DNA of 64,000 nucleotides from an uncultured Erysipelotrichaceae bacterium (GTDB lineage Bacteria; Bacillota_I; Bacilli_A; RF39; UBA660): NCBI GenBank assembly GCA_902801825.1, contig CADCJS010000002.1, positions 33,557 to 97,556 of the forward strand, read 5' to 3'. Shown piece by piece: positions 10,249 to 18,932 of this stretch (position 1 is its first letter; each line of letters starts with the position of its first letter). The notes under the pieces were generated by a model. It saw only the letters and a program-made list of their open reading frames with translations, ran no database searches and was not told where the DNA came from. The position numbers and the translations under genes were made by a program.

Positions 10249-11083
10249 TGATATTGTATTAAAAGTAGGAGGTACTATAATAAATAAAATAGTATATTCA
10301 AATGGTCGTATGTTAATTTCTTTTTGTGAAGATGATTTTACAGATGAAAATGATAATTTATATATTATGGAAGCTATTGTTGAGTCGGATAAATTTTTAC
10401 AAAATAGAATTATAGTATCTTATGATGTATATGGAAATAGATTTATTGACCCTATAACAGGAGATAATTGGGAAGAAGTCGGTACTGAAGCATCTGAAAA
10501 AGCAAAAAAAATAAATTATGATAAATCGCAAAAAATATTTCATAGAAATGCTTTAAATCTTGATTCATCAATTGGTAAAACCAGTATAAAAGAATTAAAT
10601 AAAATATCTAATATCATTAAATATAAAAAGGGTAGATTTATTTTTTCAGGGATATTAATGAGTTTTATAATTTTTATTATCATTAGTTTGTTCTTTATCT
10701 TTTCTTCACTTTTCTTTGTTAAAATAAACGAATATTTAATATTAGTTGATTTTTTATTTTGCCTTATAATTTGGATACTTTTTTCTGTGAAGATAATAAA
10801 AATATTTTCTAGAATTCCAATTAGGAGAATATTAAGAGAAAAATATAAATCAGAAATATTATTTTTAGGAATTTATGAAACTAGTGAATATAATGGTTGT
10901 AAAAGATTAGGTGTTAGTGGTGTTATTAAGGAAAATAATAATTATGTTAAAAAAAATTATCTTGTTGCTCTTGGTTGTGAAATGTTTTTATATAATGTAA
11001 AAGAGGGAGATATATTATATAGATACTCTGCTAGCAATGATTATGATTATAAAGGGGACTGTACATTTATATTGAAAGGTTAG
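10241..11083 (+). CDS. hypothetical membrane protein (soluble N- and C-domains, 2 central TM helices)
   Basis: Overlaps the previous stop codon. No known motif. Confidence 0.45.
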   Translation: MNNDIVLKVGGTIINKIVYSNGRMLISFCEDDFTDENDNLYIMEAIVESDKFLQNRIIVSYDVYGNRFIDPITGDNWEEVGTEASEKAKKINYDKSQKIFHRNALNLDSSIGKTSIKELNKISNIIKYKKGRFIFSGILMSFIIFIIISLFFIFSSLFFVKINEYLILVDFLFCLIIWILFSVKIIKIFSRIPIRRILREKYKSEILFLGIYETSEYNGCKRLGVSGVIKENNNYVKKNYLVALGCEMFLYNVKEGDILYRYSASNDYDYKGDCTFILKG

Positions 11084-11091
11084 GTGATCAT

Positions 11092-11571
11092 ATGAAAAAA
11101 AATTTTAAATTAGAATATCCTAAAGGGATTGCTTATAGTTGTTTTATTATAATTTTTATTTTTATATTAATTGATTTAATTTCTTTTTTTAGTAATGATC
11201 CTAGTTTTATTGCATGTATAATTACTTCTTTATTTTTAATCTTTCCGTTTTTGTTAGGCGCTATATTTATTTTAAGAAAAAAAATATATGTTAGCGGTGA
11301 TATAATATATGTAAGTAAAACTTTGGGTTCAAAATTTAGTGTGGATGTTAAGAATATAGACAAAATAACATGGAGATATAATGTTCCAAAAGGCGATACT
11401 ATGCCTGTTCTTGAAAAGATTGATATTAAGGTAAAAAGTAAAAAGTTTTATATTGAAACAATGTTTTCTAATTATGATAAAATGGCTAAGTATTTACTTG
11501 AAAATGTTGATAATTCTAAAATAGAAGTATTAGGATCAACTATTGATGAATTAAGAAAAGAGTATTTATAA
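11092..11571 (+). CDS. hypothetical membrane protein with bacterial PH-like C-terminal domain
   Basis: Two TM helices followed by an ~90-aa beta-rich domain resembling bPH/YdbS-type domains. Confidence 0.4.
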   Translation: MKKNFKLEYPKGIAYSCFIIIFIFILIDLISFFSNDPSFIACIITSLFLIFPFLLGAIFILRKKIYVSGDIIYVSKTLGSKFSVDVKNIDKITWRYNVPKGDTMPVLEKIDIKVKSKKFYIETMFSNYDKMAKYLLENVDNSKIEVLGSTIDELRKEYL

Positions 11572-11630
11572 AGAAATATTTTTGTTATTTATATACAGAT
11601 ATGGTATATATAATTAAAGGAGGTTTAAAA

Positions 11631-12077
11631 ATGAATGAATTTAGTTCTATAGAAAAGGTTAGGGATATTTTTAAAAGTGTAGGAGCTCAAATTGTCAGTA
11701 ATGATTTTTTTATTGCTTATAAAGATATGAGAAAAAATACTGGTATGGTTGGTGGTATGGATTATCCATATGATGCAATTATAATTAATTTTAGTGATGA
11801 AGGGTTAAATTTTTTATATTTAAAGCAAGATGGTGTTGTGTTTAAACAAAATTTGTCTAAAATGCATGTTGATAAATCTTCTTATGAGTTTATTAGTATG
11901 GATGATATTGAAAATATAACAATTAAAAATTTTGCATTATTAAATAATAAAACTAAAAAAATTATAATAAAAACTAAAAATAAAAAAACTCATTATTTAT
12001 ATGCAAATTTGAATGAACAAATGATACCATATCACAATGTTTCATTTGAAAAATTTATAAATAAATATTCAAGATAA
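11631..12077 (+). CDS. hypothetical protein (PH-like fold?)
   Basis: Start moved to the ATG at 11631 (AAAGGAGG RBS, 6-nt spacing). No motif. Confidence 0.4.
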   Translation: MNEFSSIEKVRDIFKSVGAQIVSNDFFIAYKDMRKNTGMVGGMDYPYDAIIINFSDEGLNFLYLKQDGVVFKQNLSKMHVDKSSYEFISMDDIENITIKNFALLNNKTKKIIIKTKNKKTHYLYANLNEQMIPYHNVSFEKFINKYSR

Positions 12078-12124
12078 TTATTTATGAAAAAAATAATATA
12101 GATTGATTTATATGAATCGTTAAT

Positions 12125-12228
12125 GCCGAAAAAAGTTGTAGACTTCTACGTCGTCGGCACCAGTGACGAATCTGTTCGAACTATTCGAACTTTACATATA
12201 GAGAACTTGCAAAAAGTTCTTTTTTTTG
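12125..12228 (+). ncRNA. GC-rich structured element (nested hairpins) ending in an intrinsic terminator
   Basis: gccga...tcggc helix enclosing a gtag-actt-ctac hairpin. Next come 'cgtc...gacg' and a duplicated 'ttcgaac'. The terminator is agaactt-gcaaa-aagttct followed by T8 (12202-12228). Confidence 0.3.
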
Positions 12229-12292
12229 TAAAGTTTTATAATTTATATAGAATTGGATTTTTAGTTTTGTTATAATAATATAGGAGGCTTAT

Positions 12293-13720
12293 ATGAAAAA
12301 GATAGAAATGTTTTTTATATTACTTTTTGCAAGTTTAATACCAATTATAGTTTATGCTATTCCATCAAAACCTGGAAATTTTAATAGTGCATCTAATGTA
12401 ACTCATACAGGAGATATTACTATATCTAGTGATACTGAAGAAAGTGATAAGACATATACAAGTTCTATTGGCGGAAGACATGCCTTATTCTTTAATAGTG
12501 GTACAAGTAAAATTAATAATCCTACTATTGATAAAACAGGTGATTCTGACGGAGATGAAGCAGATTTTTATGGAATTAATGCTGCTGTATTTGCGCATAA
12601 TGGTGCAAATGTAACTATAAATGGAGGAAACATAAAAACAAACGGAGCTCATGCAAATGCTATATTTTCGTATTCTACAGGAATAATAAATTTAAATGAT
12701 AGTATTATTAATACTATTTCAAATAATTCTGGTGGTGTAATGGTTACTGGTGGAGGAACATTAAATGCTAATAATTTAACTGTTAAGACAATGGGTAATT
12801 CATCTGCTGCTATTAGAAGTGATAGAGGCGGAGGAACATTGAATGTAGAAAAAGGTTCTTATGAAACTAATGGAGTTGGTTCACCAGTAATATATTCTAC
12901 TGCAAATGTTAGTGTTAAAGATGCTGTTTTAACATCTAATTCATCTGAAGGGGTTGTTATTGAAGGATTTAATAGTGTTAGTTTAAATAATGTTAAACTA
13001 ACTGATACAAATAATTCTTTAAACGGTAATTCTGAAACTTATAAGAATATTTTTATATATCAATCAATGAGTGGAGATGCTGATGAAGGTGTAGGTACTT
13101 TTACTAGTAAAGACTCTAATATAGTGACTAATAAAGGTGATACATTCTTTGTTACTAATACTAAAGCTAATATTTCTTTAGAAAATAATGTTATTGAAAA
13201 TAATGATCAAGATTTTTTGAGAATTCAAGCAAGTAAATGGGGGAATAGTGGTTCTAATGGCGGAAATGTTACTATGACATTAACTAATCAGAAAGTAAGT
13301 GGTAACATAATTGTAGATGATATATCTACTTTAGATTTAACAATAGAAAATAGTAGTGTATTAGAAAGTTCTATTAATAGTGAAAATAAATCAAAAAATA
13401 TCACTTTAAAAATAGATAATAATTCTGTTTTATCATTACAAAATGATACTTATATAACAAAACTTGAAAATGATTCTGAAGATAATAGTAATATATATTC
13501 TAACGGAAAATATAAATTATATGTTAATGGAAATGAAGTATCTATTAATGAAGAAATATATAAAGATAATAATAATTTAGTAATTTCAAAAAAAGAAACT
13601 AAATATACTAGCAAATCTAATTTAAAATATATGTATATTTTAATAGGTTTGTTAATAATAATTATTATATTATCTAATGTAATAATTATTAAAAAATTAA
13701 AAAACAAAAGTGTTAAATAA
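12293..13720 (+). CDS. cell-surface protein, right-handed beta-helix (pectin-lyase-like) repeats, C-terminal TM anchor
   Basis: Signal peptide. Repeated 'NGxNxxxNGG/TxNxxNV' beta-helix-like turns. C-terminal hydrophobic helix followed by a KKLKNK stop-transfer. Confidence 0.55.
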   Translation: MKKIEMFFILLFASLIPIIVYAIPSKPGNFNSASNVTHTGDITISSDTEESDKTYTSSIGGRHALFFNSGTSKINNPTIDKTGDSDGDEADFYGINAAVFAHNGANVTINGGNIKTNGAHANAIFSYSTGIINLNDSIINTISNNSGGVMVTGGGTLNANNLTVKTMGNSSAAIRSDRGGGTLNVEKGSYETNGVGSPVIYSTANVSVKDAVLTSNSSEGVVIEGFNSVSLNNVKLTDTNNSLNGNSETYKNIFIYQSMSGDADEGVGTFTSKDSNIVTNKGDTFFVTNTKANISLENNVIENNDQDFLRIQASKWGNSGSNGGNVTMTLTNQKVSGNIIVDDISTLDLTIENSSVLESSINSENKSKNITLKIDNNSVLSLQNDTYITKLENDSEDNSNIYSNGKYKLYVNGNEVSINEEIYKDNNNLVISKKETKYTSKSNLKYMYILIGLLIIIIILSNVIIIKKLKNKSVK

Positions 13721-13792
13721 AACTTTTATATTGACTGAGCTAAATATATATATTATAATTTAAATGCAAAAAAATTGCATTTAGGAGGAATT

Positions 13793-14623
13793 GTGTTAGA
13801 TATTATATTAGATGCTGTTTTAGATTCAATTAAATTATTACCATTTTTATTTATTACATTTTTATTATTAGAATTAATTGAACATAAAATTAGTTATAAA
13901 ACTAAAGATAAATTAATTAAAACAAAAAAAGTAGGACCTTTATTTGGAGGTTTAATAGGTTTATTACCACAATGTGGCTTTTCATCTATGGCTGCAGAAT
14001 TTTATATTGCTAGAATAATTAGTTTAGGTACTTTAATATCTATATTTTTATCCACATCAGATGAAATGCTACCATTATTTATTTCTTATAATGTAGGTAT
14101 TAAATTAATAATAAAAACATTATTTATAAAATTTTTAATAGGAATTATATTAGGCTTTATCATTGATTTTGTTTATAGAAAAACATATAATGAAAAGATA
14201 AAAGATATATGTGAACATGATAAATGTAAATGTGAAAAAAGTATTGTTAAATCATCTTTAAAACATACATTTCAAGTATTTATATTTATTTTAATTATTA
14301 ATTTATTATTATCTTTCGCATTAGATAAGTTTTATGAAAAATTATCTTTAGTTTTCTTAAAAGATACTGTTTTTCAAATATTTATTACTTCCTTGATAGG
14401 TTTAATTCCTAATTGTTCATCAAGTATATTACTTACTGAATTATATTTAAAAGATATAATTAATTATGGAAGTTTAATTTCTGGATTATTAATTAATAGT
14501 GGTATTGGAATTTTAATACTTTTCAAGTATAATAAGAATATAAAGGAAAACTTAAATATAGTTTTACTTTTATATATTATAAGTGTAATTGCGGGTTTAT
14601 TTATTAATATATTAGGTGTTTAA
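13793..14623 (+). CDS. predicted permease with duplicated 'P-x-C-x-S-S' motifs (DUF318/ArsP-like), putative metal transporter
   Basis: Start moved to the GTG at 13793 (AGGAGGA RBS). Two pseudo-symmetric halves each carry a 'LPQCGFSS' / 'IPNCSSS' motif. A Cys-rich cytoplasmic loop reads 'CEHDKCKCE'. The stop overlaps the Fur-family gene. Confidence 0.5.
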   Translation: MLDIILDAVLDSIKLLPFLFITFLLLELIEHKISYKTKDKLIKTKKVGPLFGGLIGLLPQCGFSSMAAEFYIARIISLGTLISIFLSTSDEMLPLFISYNVGIKLIIKTLFIKFLIGIILGFIIDFVYRKTYNEKIKDICEHDKCKCEKSIVKSSLKHTFQVFIFILIINLLLSFALDKFYEKLSLVFLKDTVFQIFITSLIGLIPNCSSSILLTELYLKDIINYGSLISGLLINSGIGILILFKYNKNIKENLNIVLLLYIISVIAGLFINILGV

Positions 14624-15014
14624 TATGGATATTTTTAGAGAATATAATATTAAATGTACTAAACAAAGACAAATAATTTTAGATATTATTAAAAATAATA
14701 ATGGAATTACTATTAAAGAAATAAATGAACTTGTAAAAAAAGAAATAAATTTATCAACAATTTATAGAATAATAGAATTGTTTTTAAATAAAGAAATTAT
14801 TACAAAAAAAATAGTAGATAATGTTGTTATATATGAATTAAAAGAAAAAACACATAATCATTATTTTAGCTGTAATAAATGTCATAAAAAAACTATAATA
14901 CCAAAAAAGGATATAGAAAACTTTGAAAATAAAATTATAATGAATAATGATTACGAGGTTACAAGTCATAACATAGAATTTAGAGGTATTTGTAGTAAGT
15001 GTAAAGGAAAATAA
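14616..15014 (+). CDS. Fur-family transcriptional regulator (Zur/PerR-like)
   Basis: The winged-helix N-terminus and the 'HNHYFSCNKCHK' (HxH + CxxC) and C-terminal 'CSKCKGK' metal sites are typical of the Fur family. Confidence 0.8.
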   Translation: MFNMDIFREYNIKCTKQRQIILDIIKNNNGITIKEINELVKKEINLSTIYRIIELFLNKEIITKKIVDNVVIYELKEKTHNHYFSCNKCHKKTIIPKKDIENFENKIIMNNDYEVTSHNIEFRGICSKCKGK

Positions 15015-15016
15015 AA

Positions 15017-15607
15017 ATGAATAAAATAGATTGTTTTAAAAAAGAAATTAATTGTATTAAAGATGAAAGACTAAAAGATAATTTAAAAAGGATAATTGAA
15101 TTATTACCAGATTATTTTTTTCATATACAAGCCTCATCATCAGGTAAATATCATCCTGATTATGCTTTAGGTGAAAAAGGATTAGTTAGACATAGTAAAG
15201 TAGCTTTTAGAATAGGATATGAACTTTTAAATACAAAAACTTTTTCAGAAGATTTTACTAGTAAAGAAATTGATTTAATTCTTATGTCAATATTAGTTCA
15301 TGATGGATTAAAACATGGTTTAATAGAAGAACAATATACAAGATTTGATCATCCTTTATTAATGGCAAATTTTTTAACAAATAATAAAGATAAATTTACT
15401 CTTTCAGAAGAAGAAATTAAATTTATGAGTGAATCAATTTCATCTCATATGGGTCAGTGGAATACAGATAGAAAATCTAGTGTTGTATTACCACTTCCAA
15501 CAACTAAATATCAAAAATTTGTTCATTTATGTGATTATTTGTCAAGTAGAAAATTTATGAATGTTAAATTTGTAGATGGTGAAATCGTTGAAAGAGAGTG
15601 TATATAA
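15017..15607 (+). CDS. HD-domain phosphohydrolase
   Basis: '...KYHPD...' and '...LVHDGLKHG' H/HD motifs. Starts 3 nt after the Fur stop. Confidence 0.65.
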   Translation: MNKIDCFKKEINCIKDERLKDNLKRIIELLPDYFFHIQASSSGKYHPDYALGEKGLVRHSKVAFRIGYELLNTKTFSEDFTSKEIDLILMSILVHDGLKHGLIEEQYTRFDHPLLMANFLTNNKDKFTLSEEEIKFMSESISSHMGQWNTDRKSSVVLPLPTTKYQKFVHLCDYLSSRKFMNVKFVDGEIVERECI

Positions 15608-16491
15608 TGAAAAAGATATTAATATATTTAAACTGTATTATAAGTGCCTTTTTACTTAGTTTAATTCCTGTTTTTAAAATATTAGTTGATATTGAAAATA
15701 TAGAAACAAATTTATTTGTATTATTATTAATTATTTATATATGTATTCTTATAGTTTTATCTATCGCTTCTATCTATTTAATGGTAGAAATAATTAAAGA
15801 AATACTCAAAAGAAAAAGCTTAGGATACAAAATTATTAACATTTTAGTATTAGTATTATTTAATATATTAGTTATTCCTTTCTTTTATAAAAAAGAAATA
15901 TTAAATGAAAGAATTAATAAAAAATATTTAATATATGTATCTTATATATTTATATTATTAATAGTGTTTTTTATTACTGATAATATTTATAAAAAATCAT
16001 TAATGAAAATTAATATTAAAGAAAAAGAGTTAAGTGAAGTCTATAATTTATATAAAACAAAAGATGATTTTGCTACTTTTAAATTTAAATATGGTTTTAT
16101 TGTTAAAGATGTAAATGATTATGATTTATATGCAATAGATAATAATAGAAATCTTGTTGTATCTGTCTTTAATTATGATATTACAAATTATGAACAAAAA
16201 ACTCATTTAGATTTTATAAATAAATCAGTTAATGATTTGAAATCTTCAAAAGATAAATTTGAGGAATATGAAAAATTAAAAACCGAAAATTTACCAGATA
16301 GAGTAGTAACTACTGTTTCATATGTTGGAAAAAGTAAAAATTCTTCATTATGTGTTTATAAATTCTCATTAATTACTTTTAATGATAAACCAAATAATAT
16401 ATTATATATAACTGAAATATCAATAAAAGATAAATATTATAAATATAAAGATGAATTAAAAGAAATTGTTAATTCAGTAAAAATTAATTAA
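15598..16491 (+). CDS. membrane protein (4 N-terminal TM helices + ~170-aa soluble domain); candidate bacteriocin immunity/accessory protein
   Basis: Overlaps the HD-protein stop. Followed by a terminator (16493-16521). Confidence 0.45.
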   Translation: MYIMKKILIYLNCIISAFLLSLIPVFKILVDIENIETNLFVLLLIIYICILIVLSIASIYLMVEIIKEILKRKSLGYKIINILVLVLFNILVIPFFYKKEILNERINKKYLIYVSYIFILLIVFFITDNIYKKSLMKINIKEKELSEVYNLYKTKDDFATFKFKYGFIVKDVNDYDLYAIDNNRNLVVSVFNYDITNYEQKTHLDFINKSVNDLKSSKDKFEEYEKLKTENLPDRVVTTVSYVGKSKNSSLCVYKFSLITFNDKPNNILYITEISIKDKYYKYKDELKEIVNSVKIN

Positions 16492-16540
16492 AAAAATCTC
16501 TTGTTTTTAAGGGATTTTTTTATTATGTAGTTTATATAAT

Positions 16541-18568
16541 ATGTGGAAGGTGAAAAAATTGCATAAGTTTATTAAACAAACAGGAATAAAAGACTGCGGA
16601 GTATGTTGTATTTATAATATATTAAAACTAAATAATGAAGATACTTCTATAGAAAAATTAAGAGATAAAACTAAAACAGATAAAAATGGAACATCAATTT
16701 ATAACATGGTAAAAACCTTTCAATATTTAAGTTATGATTCAAAAGCATATGAAACAACTATTGATAATTTAAAAAATATGAATTTACCTGTAATTGGCTA
16801 TATTAATATTAGTGGTTATAATCATTATGTAATCATTAAAAAAATAATAAAAAACAAAATATATATTTTTGATCCTATAAGAGGAAATATAAAATATAGT
16901 GAAGAAGAATTTAAAAAAGAATTTTTAAATGTAATTATTACTTGTAGCAAAATAAAACCTCTAACTAACAAAAAACTAAGTAATTATTTTATTTCATTAT
17001 TAAAAACAAAACGTTATCAAATTTCTATTGTATTATCATTCATACTATTTAGTTCCATATTATCAATTGTTTTTAGTTTATACTTAAAAACTATAGTAGA
17101 AAATAAATCTATTATAATATTGTTCTTATTTTTGATACTACTTTTAATTAAATCTGTTCTAAATTATATTAAAGATATTTTCATATTAAAATTTAATAAA
17201 AATATAAATGCAGAATTAAGAAATAATACTTATGAAAAAATTTTTAATCTTCCAATTCTTTATCATCACAATAGACCAACCGGAGATATTATATCAAAAG
17301 TTAATGATCTAAATTATATAAAAGAATTTATTTATGAATTATCATTTTCCTTGTTATTAAATATTATACTTACTATATTTTTGATAATATTCTTTATTTT
17401 CTATTCTTTTAAAAATATTATATTTATTTTTATTCCAATTCTTATAATTCTTATTAACCATTTATTAAAAAGAAATATATTAAATAATTATATTAAAAGA
17501 GACATAGACAATAACACAAATGTAAATATTAGTTTTATAGATTCACTATCTAATATTGATACTATAAAAAATTTAAATTTAACTGAAAAATTTATTTTAA
17601 AAAATAAAAATATATACACTAAATATTTAAATGATAATAATGAATTAAATAAAAAAATATTAAATTATTCATATATTAATGACATAGTAACTGATCTTTT
17701 TAATCTTATAATAATATTTGTAAATATTAATAGTTCTGTATCTAAAATAATACTTATAAATTCTTTATATATTATACTATTTGATTCAATAAAAAAAATA
17801 TTAAGTATTGATAATATATTTATAAACTCAAAGGCGTCGTATAATAGGATTAATGATTTATTGAATTATGATATTAATGATGGAGATAAGAATATTAATT
17901 CAATAAATAAAATACAATTTATAAATGCATATTTTAGTTATGACGATAAAAATTATATAATTCATAATTATAATCTATTAATTAATAAAAATGAATTTAT
18001 TTTAGTTAATGGAAAAAGTGGTGTTGGAAAAAGTACTATATTTAAACTTTTAAATAAAGAAATATTTTTAAATAAAGGATCTATTAAAATAAATAATATA
18101 AATATTAATAATATAACGAGTAACTCATTAAAAAATAATATTTGTTTTGTTAATCAAAATGAAAAATTATTTAATGATAGTATTTATAATAATATATTAT
18201 TATATAAAAAAGTAGATAAAAAAGAATTAGATAAAATATTAGATATATGTTTAATAAAGGATTTTTTAGATAAGAAAGAAATAGATTTAAATTTTATGAT
18301 TGAAGAGAATGGTTTTAATATTAGTGGTGGTGAAAGGCAAAAAATAATTCTAGCTAGGTCTTTATTAAGAAATACTAATTTTATTATATTTGATGAAACT
18401 ATGAATGAAATTGATATTGATAGTGAAAGAAAAATACTAAAAAATATAAAAACTGAATACAAAAAAACTATTATATTGATATCACATAGAGACAATAATA
18501 AAGATTTATTTGATAGGATTATAAACATAGGAGGTAGTAATGAAAGAGTTAAGTGTATCTCAAACTAA
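16541..18568 (+). CDS. bacteriocin-processing/export ABC transporter: C39 peptidase domain + TMD + ATPase (SunT/LagD/ComA type)
   Basis: N-terminal 'QTGIKDCGVCCIYNIL' C39 Cys-protease motif. Six TM helices. Walker A 'GKSGVGKST', signature 'LSGGERQKIILARSLL', Walker B 'IIFDETMNEID'. The TTG at 16559 with a GGAAGGTGA RBS is an alternative start. Confidence 0.85.
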   Translation: MWKVKKLHKFIKQTGIKDCGVCCIYNILKLNNEDTSIEKLRDKTKTDKNGTSIYNMVKTFQYLSYDSKAYETTIDNLKNMNLPVIGYINISGYNHYVIIKKIIKNKIYIFDPIRGNIKYSEEEFKKEFLNVIITCSKIKPLTNKKLSNYFISLLKTKRYQISIVLSFILFSSILSIVFSLYLKTIVENKSIIILFLFLILLLIKSVLNYIKDIFILKFNKNINAELRNNTYEKIFNLPILYHHNRPTGDIISKVNDLNYIKEFIYELSFSLLLNIILTIFLIIFFIFYSFKNIIFIFIPILIILINHLLKRNILNNYIKRDIDNNTNVNISFIDSLSNIDTIKNLNLTEKFILKNKNIYTKYLNDNNELNKKILNYSYINDIVTDLFNLIIIFVNINSSVSKIILINSLYIILFDSIKKILSIDNIFINSKASYNRINDLLNYDINDGDKNINSINKIQFINAYFSYDDKNYIIHNYNLLINKNEFILVNGKSGVGKSTIFKLLNKEIFLNKGSIKINNININNITSNSLKNNICFVNQNEKLFNDSIYNNILLYKKVDKKELDKILDICLIKDFLDKKEIDLNFMIEENGFNISGGERQKIILARSLLRNTNFIIFDETMNEIDIDSERKILKNIKTEYKKTIILISHRDNNKDLFDRIINIGGSNERVKCISN

Positions 18569-18680
18569 AGATATGTATGCTGGTGCAATTTCTGCAGGAG
18601 TAATCGCAGGTATTTGGGCTGCAGTATCTTTTGTAGTAGGGATATTTGATGGATATTCTAGACCATTTAAATGTAGATAA
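18540..18680 (+). CDS. double-glycine-leader bacteriocin-like prepeptide A (46 aa)
   Basis: AGGAGG RBS. Sequence MKELSVSQTKDMYAGA|ISAGVIAGIWAAVSFVVGIFDGYSRPFKCR. The leader ends in GA. The mature part has GxxxG motifs and a single C-proximal Cys. Confidence 0.55.
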   Translation: MKELSVSQTKDMYAGAISAGVIAGIWAAVSFVVGIFDGYSRPFKCR

Positions 18681-18695
18681 AGAAAGGGTGATTTT

Positions 18696-18860
18696 TTGAA
18701 AGAATTAAGTTTAGAAAAACAAAAAGAACTATATGCAGGAGGAATGACTGGTTCATTATGGAGTGCAATCTATAGATCTGTAAATGTATTTACTGATTTG
18801 GGTAGATATCTAGGTTCATCAATAAGAAGATTTAGTGAAAGAAAATTTTGTAATTATTAA
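18696..18860 (+). CDS. double-glycine-leader bacteriocin-like prepeptide B (54 aa, TTG start)
   Basis: AAGGGTGA RBS. Sequence MKELSLEKQKELYAGG|MTGSLWSAIYRSVNVFTDLGRYLGSSIRRFSERKFCNY. The leader is near-identical in pattern to lactococcin G alpha (MKELSEKELRECVGG). Paralogous to peptide A. Confidence 0.55.
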   Translation: MKELSLEKQKELYAGGMTGSLWSAIYRSVNVFTDLGRYLGSSIRRFSERKFCNY

Positions 18861-18869
18861 TTTATTAAT

Positions 18870-18902
18870 AGATTAGATTTTGTTATCTAATCTATTTTAT
18901 TT
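18870..18902 (+). terminator. rho-independent terminator closing the bacteriocin operon
   Basis: agattagat-tttgtt-atctaatct hairpin followed by ATTTTATTT. Confidence 0.6.
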
Positions 18903-18932
18903 ATGTTATAATTCAAATAGGAGGTTTAATAA

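Noticed and set aside
18744-18860. Internal ATG with perfect AGGAGG RBS inside bacteriocin peptide B, which would give a leaderless 38-aa peptide
   Set aside because: The AGGAGG is produced by the GCA-GGA-GGA codons of the '...YAGG' double-glycine motif itself. The upstream extension MKELSLEKQKELYAGG is paralogous to the leader of peptide A. The TTG-initiated leader-containing form is therefore more parsimonious. The alternative is kept as a caveat.
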